Positions 18,904 to 28,115 are shown, numbered from the stretch's first letter. The stretch: 32,973 bases of DNA from Terrimesophilobacter sp. (GCA_039925105.1 JBDSZO010000089.1:1-32973); one strand, 5' to 3'. Numbers and translations are program-made. The notes: generated by a model not told the origin, from the sequence alone.

Positions 18904-20217
18904 TTGGATGACAACAGTTTTTATGGTGCACCGGCGGGCTGGTATCCGGATCCGCTGGGGCTCCCTCAGTTGCGCTGGTGGGACAGCACAGCGTGGACAC
19001 ATCAGACCGCGGAGGCTCGAGCCCCCATGGTCATGCAGGAGACCACTTTTGCCTGGCCGGAAGATGAACTCGACAACGACGAGGGACTGCCGACGCGCCG
19101 CGAGCGACGCGAGCAGGAGCGGCGCGACCACCTTGACACACCGATGCCCACCGCGTTGACGCTTCTGGAGTTGGAGCCACCGTCGATCGACGAGGTCCAG
19201 GAGCCCGCCACGGTGCCGGCGCAGGAATCGCTCGTCAGTTCTTTAGCTGAATCCAGCTTTGAGTCGCCATCGACCCCACAATCGGTATTCAGCCCAGAAT
19301 TTGACGGCGGTTCGGGGTTTGCCGCCACTGTACCTGTGGCGGAACCTCTCGTTGAGCCGCTCATCGAACCCGAATTCGTCGAGGACAGCGACGACGACCT
19401 TACAGAGACAGACCTTCCGTTCCCCCTGGCCGCGAAACGTGCCACATCCCTTCAGGACCGACCGGACAGTGACGCCAACTCACCCGCGCAAGCAGGTGAC
19501 CATTCTTTCGATTGGTCACGACAGGACAGTCCGCAGGTCGAAGGCTCCTCCCGTGCTACTTTCCTGCCCCAAGAGGCGTCAAGCCCGGTACGGGTTGCCG
19601 CCGTACCAAGCAAGGGAACCCACAACGCGGCCGTGTGGATGATTGCGCTCATTCCGCTCATGCAACTCGTCGTCAGTCTGCTCATGCTGACCGCCCTTGG
19701 CGCCGCCGTCCCGTCAGTCGCCATGGTCGCCATTTGGCTCGTCCCCTACCCGCTGGTGGTGATTCTTGCTACGGTCGACCGCGCCCTGTTGAAACGCAGT
19801 GGACACGAAAAGACCGCCCATTGGCTCTGGGCCCTGCTGACCGCCCCGATTTACCTCATCGTGCGCGCCGTGGCAAGCATTCGAGAGTCCGGCGGCGGAT
19901 TTGGCCCAATCCTGGTGTGGGCTGTGCTCGGACTGCTCCACCTCGCATCCATCGTCGCGGTGCCAGGATTGCTCATTTCGGCGGTTCCCACCTTGTTCGC
20001 CCAACAGGCGCAGCAGTCCATTGTTTCGGATGCCGCCATCATCGGAACCGATTTGAAGGTTTCCTGCCCTGCGCCCGCTGTGCTGGTCGGCCAAACGTTC
20101 ACCTGCGCTGGCATAACGTCGGCCGACAAGAAACTGAGTATTGACGTGAGTCTCCAGAGGGTCAACGGCTGGATTGACTGGCGCGTCGACGACTGGGGAA
20201 TTTACACCCTCGGTTAG
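18904..20217 (+). CDS. DUF2510 membrane protein, copy 1 (with DUF4333-like C-terminal domain)
   Basis: APAGWYPDP..LRWWD..AWT, acidic linker, about 4 TM, C-terminal VSCP...GQTFTC two-Cys domain. TTG start. Confidence 0.85.
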   Translation: MDDNSFYGAPAGWYPDPLGLPQLRWWDSTAWTHQTAEARAPMVMQETTFAWPEDELDNDEGLPTRRERREQERRDHLDTPMPTALTLLELEPPSIDEVQEPATVPAQESLVSSLAESSFESPSTPQSVFSPEFDGGSGFAATVPVAEPLVEPLIEPEFVEDSDDDLTETDLPFPLAAKRATSLQDRPDSDANSPAQAGDHSFDWSRQDSPQVEGSSRATFLPQEASSPVRVAAVPSKGTHNAAVWMIALIPLMQLVVSLLMLTALGAAVPSVAMVAIWLVPYPLVVILATVDRALLKRSGHEKTAHWLWALLTAPIYLIVRAVASIRESGGGFGPILVWAVLGLLHLASIVAVPGLLISAVPTLFAQQAQQSIVSDAAIIGTDLKVSCPAPAVLVGQTFTCAGITSADKKLSIDVSLQRVNGWIDWRVDDWGIYTLG

Positions 20218-20265
20218 GGCACAGACCCGACGCGCGAAGCACCGTGGTGACGATACCGTTGGCTC

Positions 20266-21741
20266 ATGAGCACTGACGGGCGCTGGCTGAGTGAGAGCGA
20301 GCGCCGACGCCTCACCAGAATCCCCAGCGACCGGGCCATGACGGCGACGCTTGCGACGACCGGGCTCATCGCGGCAACGATGCAAACGCTCGTGACGCCG
20401 ATCATCCCGCAACTCCCTGTGCTCCTGGACACCACTGTTGCTGACGCCCAATGGGTGCTCACGTCTACCTTGCTCGCCGCTGCAGTCGCCACACCGATCG
20501 GCGGGCGACTCGGCGACATGTATGGCAAGCGTCGCATTGCGCTCGCCCTGCTCATGGTGATGACTTTCGGTTCAATCATCGCCGCACTCTCCACCACACT
20601 GATCCCGATGATCATCGGCCGCAGCCTGCAGGGCGTCGGCCTTGGAGTCATTGCGCTAGGAATCAGTATCCTGCGAGACATCATCCACCCGAAGAAGCTT
20701 GGCGGCGCTGTCGCCCTGGTGAGCGCAACGATGGGTGTCGGCGGCGCGCTCGGGCTTTTCGTTTCTGCACTGATCGCCGAAAGCTTCGACTGGCACTACC
20801 TGTTTTGGCTGTCGGTGCTCCTGGGGCTTATCGCGTTCGTTCTTGTGATCACCATCATCCCGGTCAGCACACTGCGCACAGAAGGAGAATTCGACTGGGG
20901 GGGTGCGATAGGCCTCTCCATCGGGCTGATCGGCATCCTGCTCGGTGTATCGAAAGGCAACGAGTGGGGGTGGACCTCGCCTGCGACACTGGGCCTGATC
21001 ATTGGCGGTGTCCTCGTGTTCCTGATCTGGGGGTTCTACGAGCTTCGGCTGGCAACGCCTCTTGTCGACCTGAGGATCGCCGCCCGGCGGCCGGTGCTGT
21101 TGACCAACCTCGCGTCGATCACGGTCGGGTTTGCGTTCTTCATGACGGCAGCGGCTCAGCCAATCCTCCTGCAGCTACCGACCGACACCGGAGTGGGATT
21201 GGGCCAGACCCTGCTGATTGCCAGCCTGTGTTTGATGCCGAATGGTTTGGTGATGTTCCTCATTTCTCCTGTCGCAGCACGGTTATCGAATGCGCGCGGG
21301 CCGCGCACCAGCCTGATGCTCGGGGGGTTGATCATCGCCATCGCCTTCGGTATCGCGGTGTTCCTGATGCACGAGGTGTGGCATGTGATTCTGGTGTCAA
21401 CACTGGTTGGGCTCGGTACCGGATTTGCGTACTCTGCGATGCCGACCCTGATCATGCACTCGGTCCCTCCGACCGAGACGGCTGCGGCGAACGGCCTCAA
21501 CTCGGTCATGCGCACGCTCGGGTCTACCGTCGCGGCGAGCCTGATCGGAGTGGTGCTGTCCTCCGATTTCGTCGTCTCATCCGGCATCGAAATCCCAACC
21601 CGAGAGGCATTCCAGATCCTCTTCGGACTTGCTGCTGTCATCGCACTGATCGGCACGATAATTGCCGTCTTTATTCCGCGTAGGGAACGCCGCTACGAGG
21701 ACACCCAGAGCATTCCGGTTCAACACCTTCCCGAGCACTGA
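20266..21741 (+). CDS. MFS transporter (14-TM drug-efflux-like)
   Basis: Motif A GRLGDMYGKRR, GRSLQGVG, about 14 hydrophobic segments. Confidence 0.92.
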   Translation: MSTDGRWLSESERRRLTRIPSDRAMTATLATTGLIAATMQTLVTPIIPQLPVLLDTTVADAQWVLTSTLLAAAVATPIGGRLGDMYGKRRIALALLMVMTFGSIIAALSTTLIPMIIGRSLQGVGLGVIALGISILRDIIHPKKLGGAVALVSATMGVGGALGLFVSALIAESFDWHYLFWLSVLLGLIAFVLVITIIPVSTLRTEGEFDWGGAIGLSIGLIGILLGVSKGNEWGWTSPATLGLIIGGVLVFLIWGFYELRLATPLVDLRIAARRPVLLTNLASITVGFAFFMTAAAQPILLQLPTDTGVGLGQTLLIASLCLMPNGLVMFLISPVAARLSNARGPRTSLMLGGLIIAIAFGIAVFLMHEVWHVILVSTLVGLGTGFAYSAMPTLIMHSVPPTETAAANGLNSVMRTLGSTVAASLIGVVLSSDFVVSSGIEIPTREAFQILFGLAAVIALIGTIIAVFIPRRERRYEDTQSIPVQHLPEH

Positions 21742-21754
21742 CCCGGCAATCCGC

Positions 21755-22300
21755 TTAGGGCGCTTCTTCCGGATACCAGACCCGCATGCCATCAACTTTT
21801 GCGAACGAGATCAACTGGTGCTCCTTTGTCGACGTCGCCGACATGATGTCGAACACCGGAACACCGCGGGCGAGCAGTGCGTCTCCGATCAGTGAACGGT
21901 GACATCGCCACGGCACCGCCTCCGCGCACATGATGGCGAGAGTCTGTCGACGCGCGGCAGCGATCAGCTCGTCAACTCCCGCCGCAAATTCGGGGGTTTG
22001 CATGTAGTCGGCGAAACCGCGAAATGAGGCGTTCCGCCAGCCCATATTAACGCTGTCCTTAGTGGTTTTCCGGAGTCCACCAAGGTCTGGCATCCTGCCA
22101 TAGTCGATACCCGCACCAGGAAGCCAAACTGCCAGTTCCTTCTGGCCGTACTGCGGGTTGTGGCGAGACCCAGGAACCGTGCGCACGTCGATAACCCGCA
22201 CTACACCGTTGGCCTCCAGCATCCGCACGAACTCTTCGGCCGAATGCGTGGAATGCCCGACAGTGAACACACCCTGGTGGGCATCTGAGGATTTCACCAT
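21755..22300 (-). CDS. DUF488 domain-containing protein
   Basis: FTVGHST, IDVRTVPGSRHNPQY, LGGLR, FRGFADYMQT, MCAEAVPWRCHRSLI. Start at ATG 22300. Confidence 0.9.
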   Translation of the reverse strand: MVKSSDAHQGVFTVGHSTHSAEEFVRMLEANGVVRVIDVRTVPGSRHNPQYGQKELAVWLPGAGIDYGRMPDLGGLRKTTKDSVNMGWRNASFRGFADYMQTPEFAAGVDELIAAARRQTLAIMCAEAVPWRCHRSLIGDALLARGVPVFDIMSATSTKEHQLISFAKVDGMRVWYPEEAP

Positions 22301-22371
22301 GCCATCCACGCTACCCCGACGCTCTCACCGGAGACGGCAGGCCTCATGCGCCGCGAGCTTAGGCTGGGACG

Positions 22372-22995
22372 GTGCGACTTCTTCTCATCAGGCACGGCCA
22401 GACCCCCGGGAATGTACTCGGCCAATTGGACACGGCACACCCGGGCCCGGAACTCACCGAGTTGGGTCGTCGGCAGGCTCAGGCGCTCACCACAACGCTC
22501 GAGCAGGAGCGGCTGGACGCGCTTTACGCATCCACCCTGGTTCGAACTCAGTTAACGGCGAGGCCACTCGCACGGGCACGCACGCTCGATGTTGACATCC
22601 GCCCTGGACTGCACGAAATCGAGGCCGGATCACTCGAACTGCGCAGCGACCGGGACTCAATCCGCGCCTACCTGGAAACGGTCTTCGCTTGGGGCGATGG
22701 CGACCTTTCCGTCGCGATGCCGGGTGGCCAGGACGGCCACGCATTCTTTGGCCGGTTCGACGCCGAAATCGCCAGCATTGCCGCATCCGGTGCACAAACC
22801 GCGGCGGCATTCAGTCACGGCGCGGCCATCAGAGTGTGGGTCGCACGCCGCGCGTCGAACATCAGGCCGGCGTTCGCAACCGAAAATGCGCTCGACAACA
22901 CGGGCGTGGTGGCGTTGCAAGGCTCACCGTCAACAGGGTGGACGCTCACCGAATGGGCCGGACGATCCGTCCCGGAGATCCCGTCAGATACGTAG
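22372..22995 (+). CDS. Histidine phosphatase (phosphoglycerate mutase family)
   Basis: LLIRHGQT (RHG motif), GLHEI, FSHGAAIR. Confidence 0.92.
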   Translation: MRLLLIRHGQTPGNVLGQLDTAHPGPELTELGRRQAQALTTTLEQERLDALYASTLVRTQLTARPLARARTLDVDIRPGLHEIEAGSLELRSDRDSIRAYLETVFAWGDGDLSVAMPGGQDGHAFFGRFDAEIASIAASGAQTAAAFSHGAAIRVWVARRASNIRPAFATENALDNTGVVALQGSPSTGWTLTEWAGRSVPEIPSDT

Positions 22996-23030
22996 CTGCC
23001 CTGACCGAACTTCCCTGACCGAGCTGCCGA

Positions 23031-24344
23031 CTATTCCCCCGGTGCCGCGCCAAGAGCCGTTCGAGCTACCGCGTGCCTCGCCGCGAACTCGGCCTGGGAT
23101 TCAGGATCCAACCGACGGGCGCGCCAAGGTGCACTGTTGTCGGCAATATCGGCGAGCTTCACCGCGCGAGCGATGGGATCCGCGTTGATTGCCGCATAGT
23201 AGTCAACATCCGACACGTCGCTGCGGCGAGTGAGCACCGAAACAATCGAGACAATTTCCGGACGGATCCCTGCCTCGCGCAGATCCTGCTCCGTGATGTC
23301 ACTGTCCTCCATCACGCTATGCAGCCAGGCAGCAGCGTGATGGATGGGTTCGTTTCGCCAATCGAAACGCTCGGCAACGCGTGCCGGATGGTCAATGTAC
23401 GCGGCACCGATTCGGTCCAGTTGACCGCGGTGCGCGATAGTCGCCAACGCCGAGGCGATACCCTGCTGGGCCCTCGCGTCAGACTCTGGCATGGGGCTCG
23501 GGTTGATCACCGCCACATCCATCGGTGGGGCACTGTGTGCTGGCGGAGCGACTGGCGCTGGTGCCGACACTGGTGCCGGTGCTGTCTTCGACTCGGCGAC
23601 AGTCACGGGCGGTGCGAAAGGATAAGGTGCGGAGACGGGTGCCGGTGCTGAGGCATGCGCCTCAACTGGTTCCGCCACATGGGCCGACATTGTGCGAGCG
23701 CCCGCCAGCACCGGCTCCATGGTTTCGGGGGCCGGCATCGCGGCGTGCGCACCAAAACGGGCCTCGAAATGTTCCATCGACCACTGCTCGTTCTGAACTG
23801 GAACGTCAGTAATGGTTGCTCCTGGCTGGTATTGCTCCAACTGGGCGTCCTCCACTTCAGAGAAGTGGGTGTCGAGGTCATCGCGCACGTACAGGAATCC
23901 ACTTTGCCCAATTTCCACCCAGGTGTTTGTGAGCCATTGGAAGTAGCGGCGACGTCCTGCAATCGTCACGGCAGTGAAAACGCCCACAACGTGGAAGCCA
24001 TTGTCGGTAACCCGGGTGTAGTAGCGTTGCGCGTCGTCGACGCGGCCAATTGGCGGCACCGACTGCTCTTCGTTGAACGTGGAGTCCACGAACCGATCAA
24101 AGTTGAACTGAGGAGCAACCCGCGCCACAAGGTGATCTCCGGCGTGCGCCAGGGTGATCTCGCGGAGCACCGTCAACTGCTCGACACTGGCATCAGGCCA
24201 TTCGAGTGCATCACCTGCCGCAGTCAATTGTGCGCGGCTCAGAATGGGATGCGAAAGCCACTGCGCTTCCGGCACGTCCACAGGCGGCAGTGTTTGGGTT
24301 TCAATGGACCCGTTTCCGGGCACACCGACGTTGTAGTCGATCAT
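23031..24344 (-). CDS. Unknown N-terminal domain, Pro/Ala linker and C-terminal RelA/SpoT-type HD (small alarmone hydrolase-like) domain
   Basis: AHRGQLD..G..YIDHP.RVA...AAWLHSVMEDS...VLTR...ARAVKLADIADN. ATG 24344 with AGGTGG RBS. Confidence 0.8.
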   Translation of the reverse strand: MIDYNVGVPGNGSIETQTLPPVDVPEAQWLSHPILSRAQLTAAGDALEWPDASVEQLTVLREITLAHAGDHLVARVAPQFNFDRFVDSTFNEEQSVPPIGRVDDAQRYYTRVTDNGFHVVGVFTAVTIAGRRRYFQWLTNTWVEIGQSGFLYVRDDLDTHFSEVEDAQLEQYQPGATITDVPVQNEQWSMEHFEARFGAHAAMPAPETMEPVLAGARTMSAHVAEPVEAHASAPAPVSAPYPFAPPVTVAESKTAPAPVSAPAPVAPPAHSAPPMDVAVINPSPMPESDARAQQGIASALATIAHRGQLDRIGAAYIDHPARVAERFDWRNEPIHHAAAWLHSVMEDSDITEQDLREAGIRPEIVSIVSVLTRRSDVSDVDYYAAINADPIARAVKLADIADNSAPWRARRLDPESQAEFAARHAVARTALGAAPGE

Positions 24345-24419
24345 CGTACGTCCACCTAATTTCGGGTATGTCGCGCTAGGACGCGACAGATGGATATTGC
24401 TTGAGTTCTCGTCGAGTCC

Positions 24420-24465
24420 AGAATAGAACTTTCCCCAGGGAAATGCCGACCCCATCCACTGCGAG
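24420..24465 (-). promoter_or_regulatory. Half-conserved 18-bp box plus -10 promoter of the HD-fusion gene
   Basis: Minus: CTCGCAGTGGATGGGGTC (24465-24448), 22-nt spacer, TATTCT (24425-24420). Confidence 0.45.
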
Positions 24466-24616
24466 AATCTCTTGCCCCGACCCTAGAACAACCGTTATAC
24501 CGGTCGCACCACCCAGTTCAAGGGTCATAGATCGACCTGTCGGTCTTCGCCCGCCAGACTCAGAATCGTGTGTGCAGACTCCTAGCAGACGAGTTGACAG
24601 TTACCGCCAACGTTGT

Positions 24617-24634
24617 ACACCCCATTTATGGGAC
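24617..24634 (+). promoter_or_regulatory. 18-bp box upstream of the DUF898 gene
   Basis: ACACCCCATTTATGGGAC, 24 nt before a non-consensus TAGACC that lies 6 nt before ATG 24671. Confidence 0.45.
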
Positions 24635-24670
24635 TCGCATTAGTCACCACGATCGCGCTAGACCTAGAAC

Positions 24671-25036
24671 ATGCCCTCAGTACGCACCCGATTCACCTTC
24701 GATGGAGGCGCCGCAAGCTACTTCGGTACTGCCGTGCTCGGACTTCTCATTACCGTGCTCACACTTGGTATCTGCTACCCGTTTGCGCTCGTTCTCATCG
24801 AGCGTTGGCGCTGCGCGCACACCTACATTGACGGGCAGCAACTGGTGTTCACTGGCAGCGCTGTCGGCCTCTTCGGACTGTGGATCAAATGGCTGTTTCT
24901 GAGCATCATTACCGTCGGCATTTACCTGTTTTGGGTTGCGCCTCGAGTGCAGGCGTGGAAAACGGTGAACACGGGCTTTGCCGTACCGGTCGCGCCACTG
25001 TCATCCTGGGCACCGAACATTCTTCAGGCCAGCTGA
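24671..25036 (+). CDS. DUF898 (YjgN-like) small membrane protein
   Basis: FTFDGGA..YF...LITVLTLGICYP...HTYIDG..LVFTGS...WLFLSIITVGIY.FW internal repeat pattern. Confidence 0.85.
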   Translation: MPSVRTRFTFDGGAASYFGTAVLGLLITVLTLGICYPFALVLIERWRCAHTYIDGQQLVFTGSAVGLFGLWIKWLFLSIITVGIYLFWVAPRVQAWKTVNTGFAVPVAPLSSWAPNILQAS

Positions 25037-25095
25037 CCGACAAACATCTGCGCGTAAACGACAGAGGTGCGATAGTTGTCGGGCGAGGTGTAGCG

Positions 25096-25446
25096 ATGAA
25101 GTTCATGATCATGATGTTCTCTGAGCCATCCGACCTGCACGCCAAGACCACGGACTGGGTGGAGCGGATGACTGCGTTCATGGTGCGCCTGGACGATGAA
25201 CTCTCGCAGTCAGGCGAACTGGTCTATGCGGAAGTCCTGGAGTTCGGAGAGTCGGCTCGGTTGGTAGACCGGCACGGTGGCGTCCATGTCGGAACATTTT
25301 CGGGCACAACAAAACCGCTGTCACGATTCTGGGTGGTCAAGGTTCCGGATGAGTCAAGAGCGGGCGCCATTGCGGCTAGCATCGCCGAGGTCGTGGAGGC
25401 CGCCGTCGAGGTGCGCAAGGTACTCGAAGCTTCGCATCGCCCCTAG
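25096..25446 (+). CDS. YciI/DGPF-like protein (divergent)
   Basis: MKFMIMM..., ELSQSGELV, GTFSGTTKPLSRFWVV, VEVR. ATG 25096 with GAGGTG RBS. Confidence 0.72.
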   Translation: MKFMIMMFSEPSDLHAKTTDWVERMTAFMVRLDDELSQSGELVYAEVLEFGESARLVDRHGGVHVGTFSGTTKPLSRFWVVKVPDESRAGAIAASIAEVVEAAVEVRKVLEASHRP

Positions 25447-25467
25447 CTTGCGCCTGCGGAAAGCGAG

Positions 25468-26289
25468 TCAAACGAACAGGTTGCTCAAAAACTGACCGAC
25501 CACTGGCGCGCTGACCAATGCGGCGATCGCTGTCGCGGAAATCGCGAGTGCAGCCCAGGATACTCGTAACCGCCGGGCGGTTCGCACCTCCCGGTGCAGT
25601 GCATCGAATTGCTGTTGCAGCATCCGAGCGTTGGACGACGCTGCCGGGTGCGTGTGCCAGGTGGCCGGGTCCGCAGCGACCATCGCGATCAGTGCGACCT
25701 GATGCGGGGCGAGAACGACTGGCTGAGTGCGGAGCCAACGGACGAGGTTGTGTGCGTCCAGGACCCGCACGAACCGCGGCAGTTCTTTTACCGTGACCGA
25801 CTTGGGGTCGACGAACGCGAGGACGGGTGTCACGTCGACGGACGCCGGGAGAACGCGTGACAGGCTGATGGTGGCGCGCTCAGCCTCGTATTCAGAATTA
25901 CGCATATACGGCATTGTGTGTCCGGCGACCGTAAGGGAGCGCGCGCCTACCGCAATGGGTTGGCCGGCATGGTGTTTGGTGTTGACGGTGAACACACCGC
26001 ACGGACCGATGATGATGTGGTCGACATCTGAGATGCCGGTACCGATGGGCACTGAGTGAAGGACCGTCCATCGATTGTCGAGGCTGGCCAGCATCCGACC
26101 GGTGATGCTTTCGCCGACCGCACCGACGTACCACGCCTGTTCGTCGCGGGTAAGCGGCGAGATGCCGAGCACGCGCGCAAGAGTACCGCGGGGCGGGGTA
26201 TCGGCGCGTGAGCGCAGGAGCTCTTCCATGACCGCACGGCCTGCGATTCGCTCGACCAGATCGTTTTCCACGATGTCCCCCGACAACAT
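25468..26289 (-). CDS. NERD protein with C-terminal TM helix, copy 2
   Basis: WYVGAVGE...WTVLHSVPIG...DVDHIIIGPCGVFTVNTKHH and a hydrophobic C-terminus. ATG 26289 with GGGAG RBS. Confidence 0.87.
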   Translation of the reverse strand: MLSGDIVENDLVERIAGRAVMEELLRSRADTPPRGTLARVLGISPLTRDEQAWYVGAVGESITGRMLASLDNRWTVLHSVPIGTGISDVDHIIIGPCGVFTVNTKHHAGQPIAVGARSLTVAGHTMPYMRNSEYEAERATISLSRVLPASVDVTPVLAFVDPKSVTVKELPRFVRVLDAHNLVRWLRTQPVVLAPHQVALIAMVAADPATWHTHPAASSNARMLQQQFDALHREVRTARRLRVSWAALAISATAIAALVSAPVVGQFLSNLFV

Positions 26290-26318
26290 GTCTTGCTCTC
26301 CCTGAATAGTGTTCCTTG

Positions 26319-26365
26319 ACTCTGCCTGTAATGCGTGGTATTTGGCAGTCCCCACTTCGCGGGTG
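26319..26365 (-). promoter_or_regulatory. 18-bp box plus -10 promoter of NERD copy 2
   Basis: Minus: CACCCGCGAAGTGGGGAC (26365-26348), 23-nt spacer, CAGAGT (26324-26319). Confidence 0.65.
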
Positions 26366-26420
26366 GGTTGGCTTGTCCACGGCAGCAAGTCGACGGTGAC
26401 TGACGTTTAGGCTTATTGAT

Positions 26421-27086
26421 ATGAATCATCTGGAATCTAATGCGTCACCGGGCAATTCGATCGATGCGAACGCGGTGTTGTGGAATTTACCTCCGGCGGA
26501 GCGGGTTGGCAAGCCGCTGCTGGTGATGATGCACGGGCTGGGCAGCCACGAGGGCGACTTGTTCGGGTTGAACCGGTTCCTGCCTCCGGGGCTCGTGGTG
26601 GCATCGCTCCGTGCGCCGCTTGCCTACGATGGCGGGTTTGCCTGGTTTCAGGCTGGTGAGCAGGGTGGAACCGACACGACGTTGCTGGATGGGTCGGTGC
26701 AGGGAGTATTGGGCTGGGTCGACCGCCTCGAGGTGGCGCCGACGAGCGTTGCCCTGATGGGGTTTTCCCAGGGTGGTTGTATGGCGCTGCAACTCGTCCG
26801 ACAGGCGCCGGAACGCTTCGCCTACGTCCTGCAGCTCAGTGGTTTCGTCGCAAACTCGGCGCATCCCGGTGATGCGGCGCTGGCCGCGCGGGTGCCACGT
26901 ATGCCGGTGTTCTGGGCTCACGGTGATCAGGATGACGTGATCGCGCTGGAATCGGTTGACCGCACACGGCGTTGGCTGGACGAACACACAACTGTGCAGG
27001 CACATCGATATCCAATGGCGCACACGGTCAGCCAGGAGGAACTGGCCGACCTTGTGGACTTCGTTGCGGCGCGGTCGGCGAACTGA
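26421..27086 (+). CDS. Alpha/beta hydrolase (phospholipase/carboxylesterase family)
   Basis: MHGLGS, nucleophile elbow GFSQGG, HGDQDDVI, MAHTVS. Confidence 0.92.
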   Translation: MNHLESNASPGNSIDANAVLWNLPPAERVGKPLLVMMHGLGSHEGDLFGLNRFLPPGLVVASLRAPLAYDGGFAWFQAGEQGGTDTTLLDGSVQGVLGWVDRLEVAPTSVALMGFSQGGCMALQLVRQAPERFAYVLQLSGFVANSAHPGDAALAARVPRMPVFWAHGDQDDVIALESVDRTRRWLDEHTTVQAHRYPMAHTVSQEELADLVDFVAARSAN

Positions 27087-27123
27087 ACGGCGCACGCACT
27101 AAACGGAATCGCCGCGCACGAAA

Positions 27124-27915
27124 CTAGTCCAGCTCGACCGGCTGGAACCAGGGTGGATACACCGCAATCTTGGGGCTGAACTCGCTGGCACGCAACAACT
27201 CACGCACCTGACCGCGCGCCTTATCGTTGGCGACACCAACCAACGAGATTGACCCCATCGGAAACGAATCCTGCACCAATAACTCGGCCACCAACTCGCG
27301 GCCCTCATCCAGCCTCGGCAGGCGAACCGCTTTTCCGTCCACGACGGTGAACCGCGCCACTGTTGCCGCGGCATCATCGTCGGCGAGCACCACACCACCA
27401 GAAGCCAGCTCGCTTTTAGCAATCTGGCCCATCGTGCTCACCAACATCACAAACTCCCCCGCCGGCAATTTCTGTGCCGCGGGGGCTAGACGCTCATCGG
27501 CAGCGCCCGCAAGCGCGCCAGCCCACAACTCGGCATGAGGCACCAGGAAGAACGGAACGAAACTGGCAACGCTCTCGCCGGACGACACCGCCGCTGCACG
27601 ACGCCGCGCCCGGTTTTCGACCGACGACAAATCCACCACAGGCAGCGCGCCGCGAGCGTCCGCCTGAATACAACCTGCAGAGAGGATGCCGGGAAGATTG
27701 CGCAGGTGCGTCACATGGAATATGCGCTTCGTACCCGGATCGACTGTCGTTGCCTTCTCGCTGAGCAAAGGCGCACGCCGAGTCGGCGGCTTTCGCCGAG
27801 GCGACCTACTTCTTGTCAGACTTGGGGATGTCGTGCCAGAAACAACAGGCACCACCTTCGGCGTGCACTGGTCGCACAGCTCCGCCACCAGACCATGAAT
27901 ACAATCGTCGGTCAC
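27124..27915 (-). CDS. DarT-like (DUF4433) ADP-ribosyltransferase-family protein with N-terminal Cys/His motif
   Basis: IFHVTHLRNLPGIL, RARR, FVPFFL, AELLV..SFP, terminal VYPPWF. N-terminus DDCIHGL...CDQC. Confidence 0.78.
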   Translation of the reverse strand: MTDDCIHGLVAELCDQCTPKVVPVVSGTTSPSLTRSRSPRRKPPTRRAPLLSEKATTVDPGTKRIFHVTHLRNLPGILSAGCIQADARGALPVVDLSSVENRARRRAAAVSSGESVASFVPFFLVPHAELWAGALAGAADERLAPAAQKLPAGEFVMLVSTMGQIAKSELASGGVVLADDDAAATVARFTVVDGKAVRLPRLDEGRELVAELLVQDSFPMGSISLVGVANDKARGQVRELLRASEFSPKIAVYPPWFQPVELD

Positions 27916-27940
27916 GTGGGCCTCTCGTCGGTAGTGCTAC

Positions 27941-27958
27941 CCCCCACGTTACGGGGAA
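27941..27958. promoter_or_regulatory. 18-bp box just upstream of the DarT-like gene
   Basis: CCCCCACGTTACGGGGAA, 25 nt from the GTG start. No -10 at the 22-nt spacing. Confidence 0.4.
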
Positions 27959-28035
27959 TCGGCATCGAGCGGATACGATCCTCGACTCTGACCCGGCTCT
28001 TCCCGCCTTTTCGGACCACGACCGCACCGGGAACG

Positions 28036-28115
28036 GTAACCACAAGTGGGGGCGAACTCTGGCCACGTTTACCCGCGAACTGGGGACTGTCAAGTCGAAC
28101 GAAGTTCAATAGCGT
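28036..28115 (+). promoter_or_regulatory. Tandem 18-bp boxes plus -10 promoter of DUF2510 copy 2
   Basis: GTAACCACAAGTGGGGGC (28036-28053) and TACCCGCGAACTGGGGAC (28070-28087), 22-nt spacer, TAGCGT (28110-28115). Confidence 0.68.

Noticed and set aside
2270-21683. Long alternative-frame ORFs (e.g. 2270-3145, 8489-9442, 15721-16893, 19714-20451, 20451-21683)
   Set aside because: These are shadow ORFs of well-supported genes in high-GC DNA, Arg/His-rich and without motifs.
24352-24527. Extra box-like sequences CCACCTAATTTCGGGTAT (24352-24369) and CACCCAGTTCAAGGGTCA (24510-24527)
   Set aside because: The matches are too degenerate and lack the -10 spacing, so I did not count them.
2129-27915. 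Defence island or prophage made of the polymerase, helicase, NERD and DarT genes
   Set aside because: The genes are scattered among housekeeping genes, with no integrase, att sites or obvious compositional shift.
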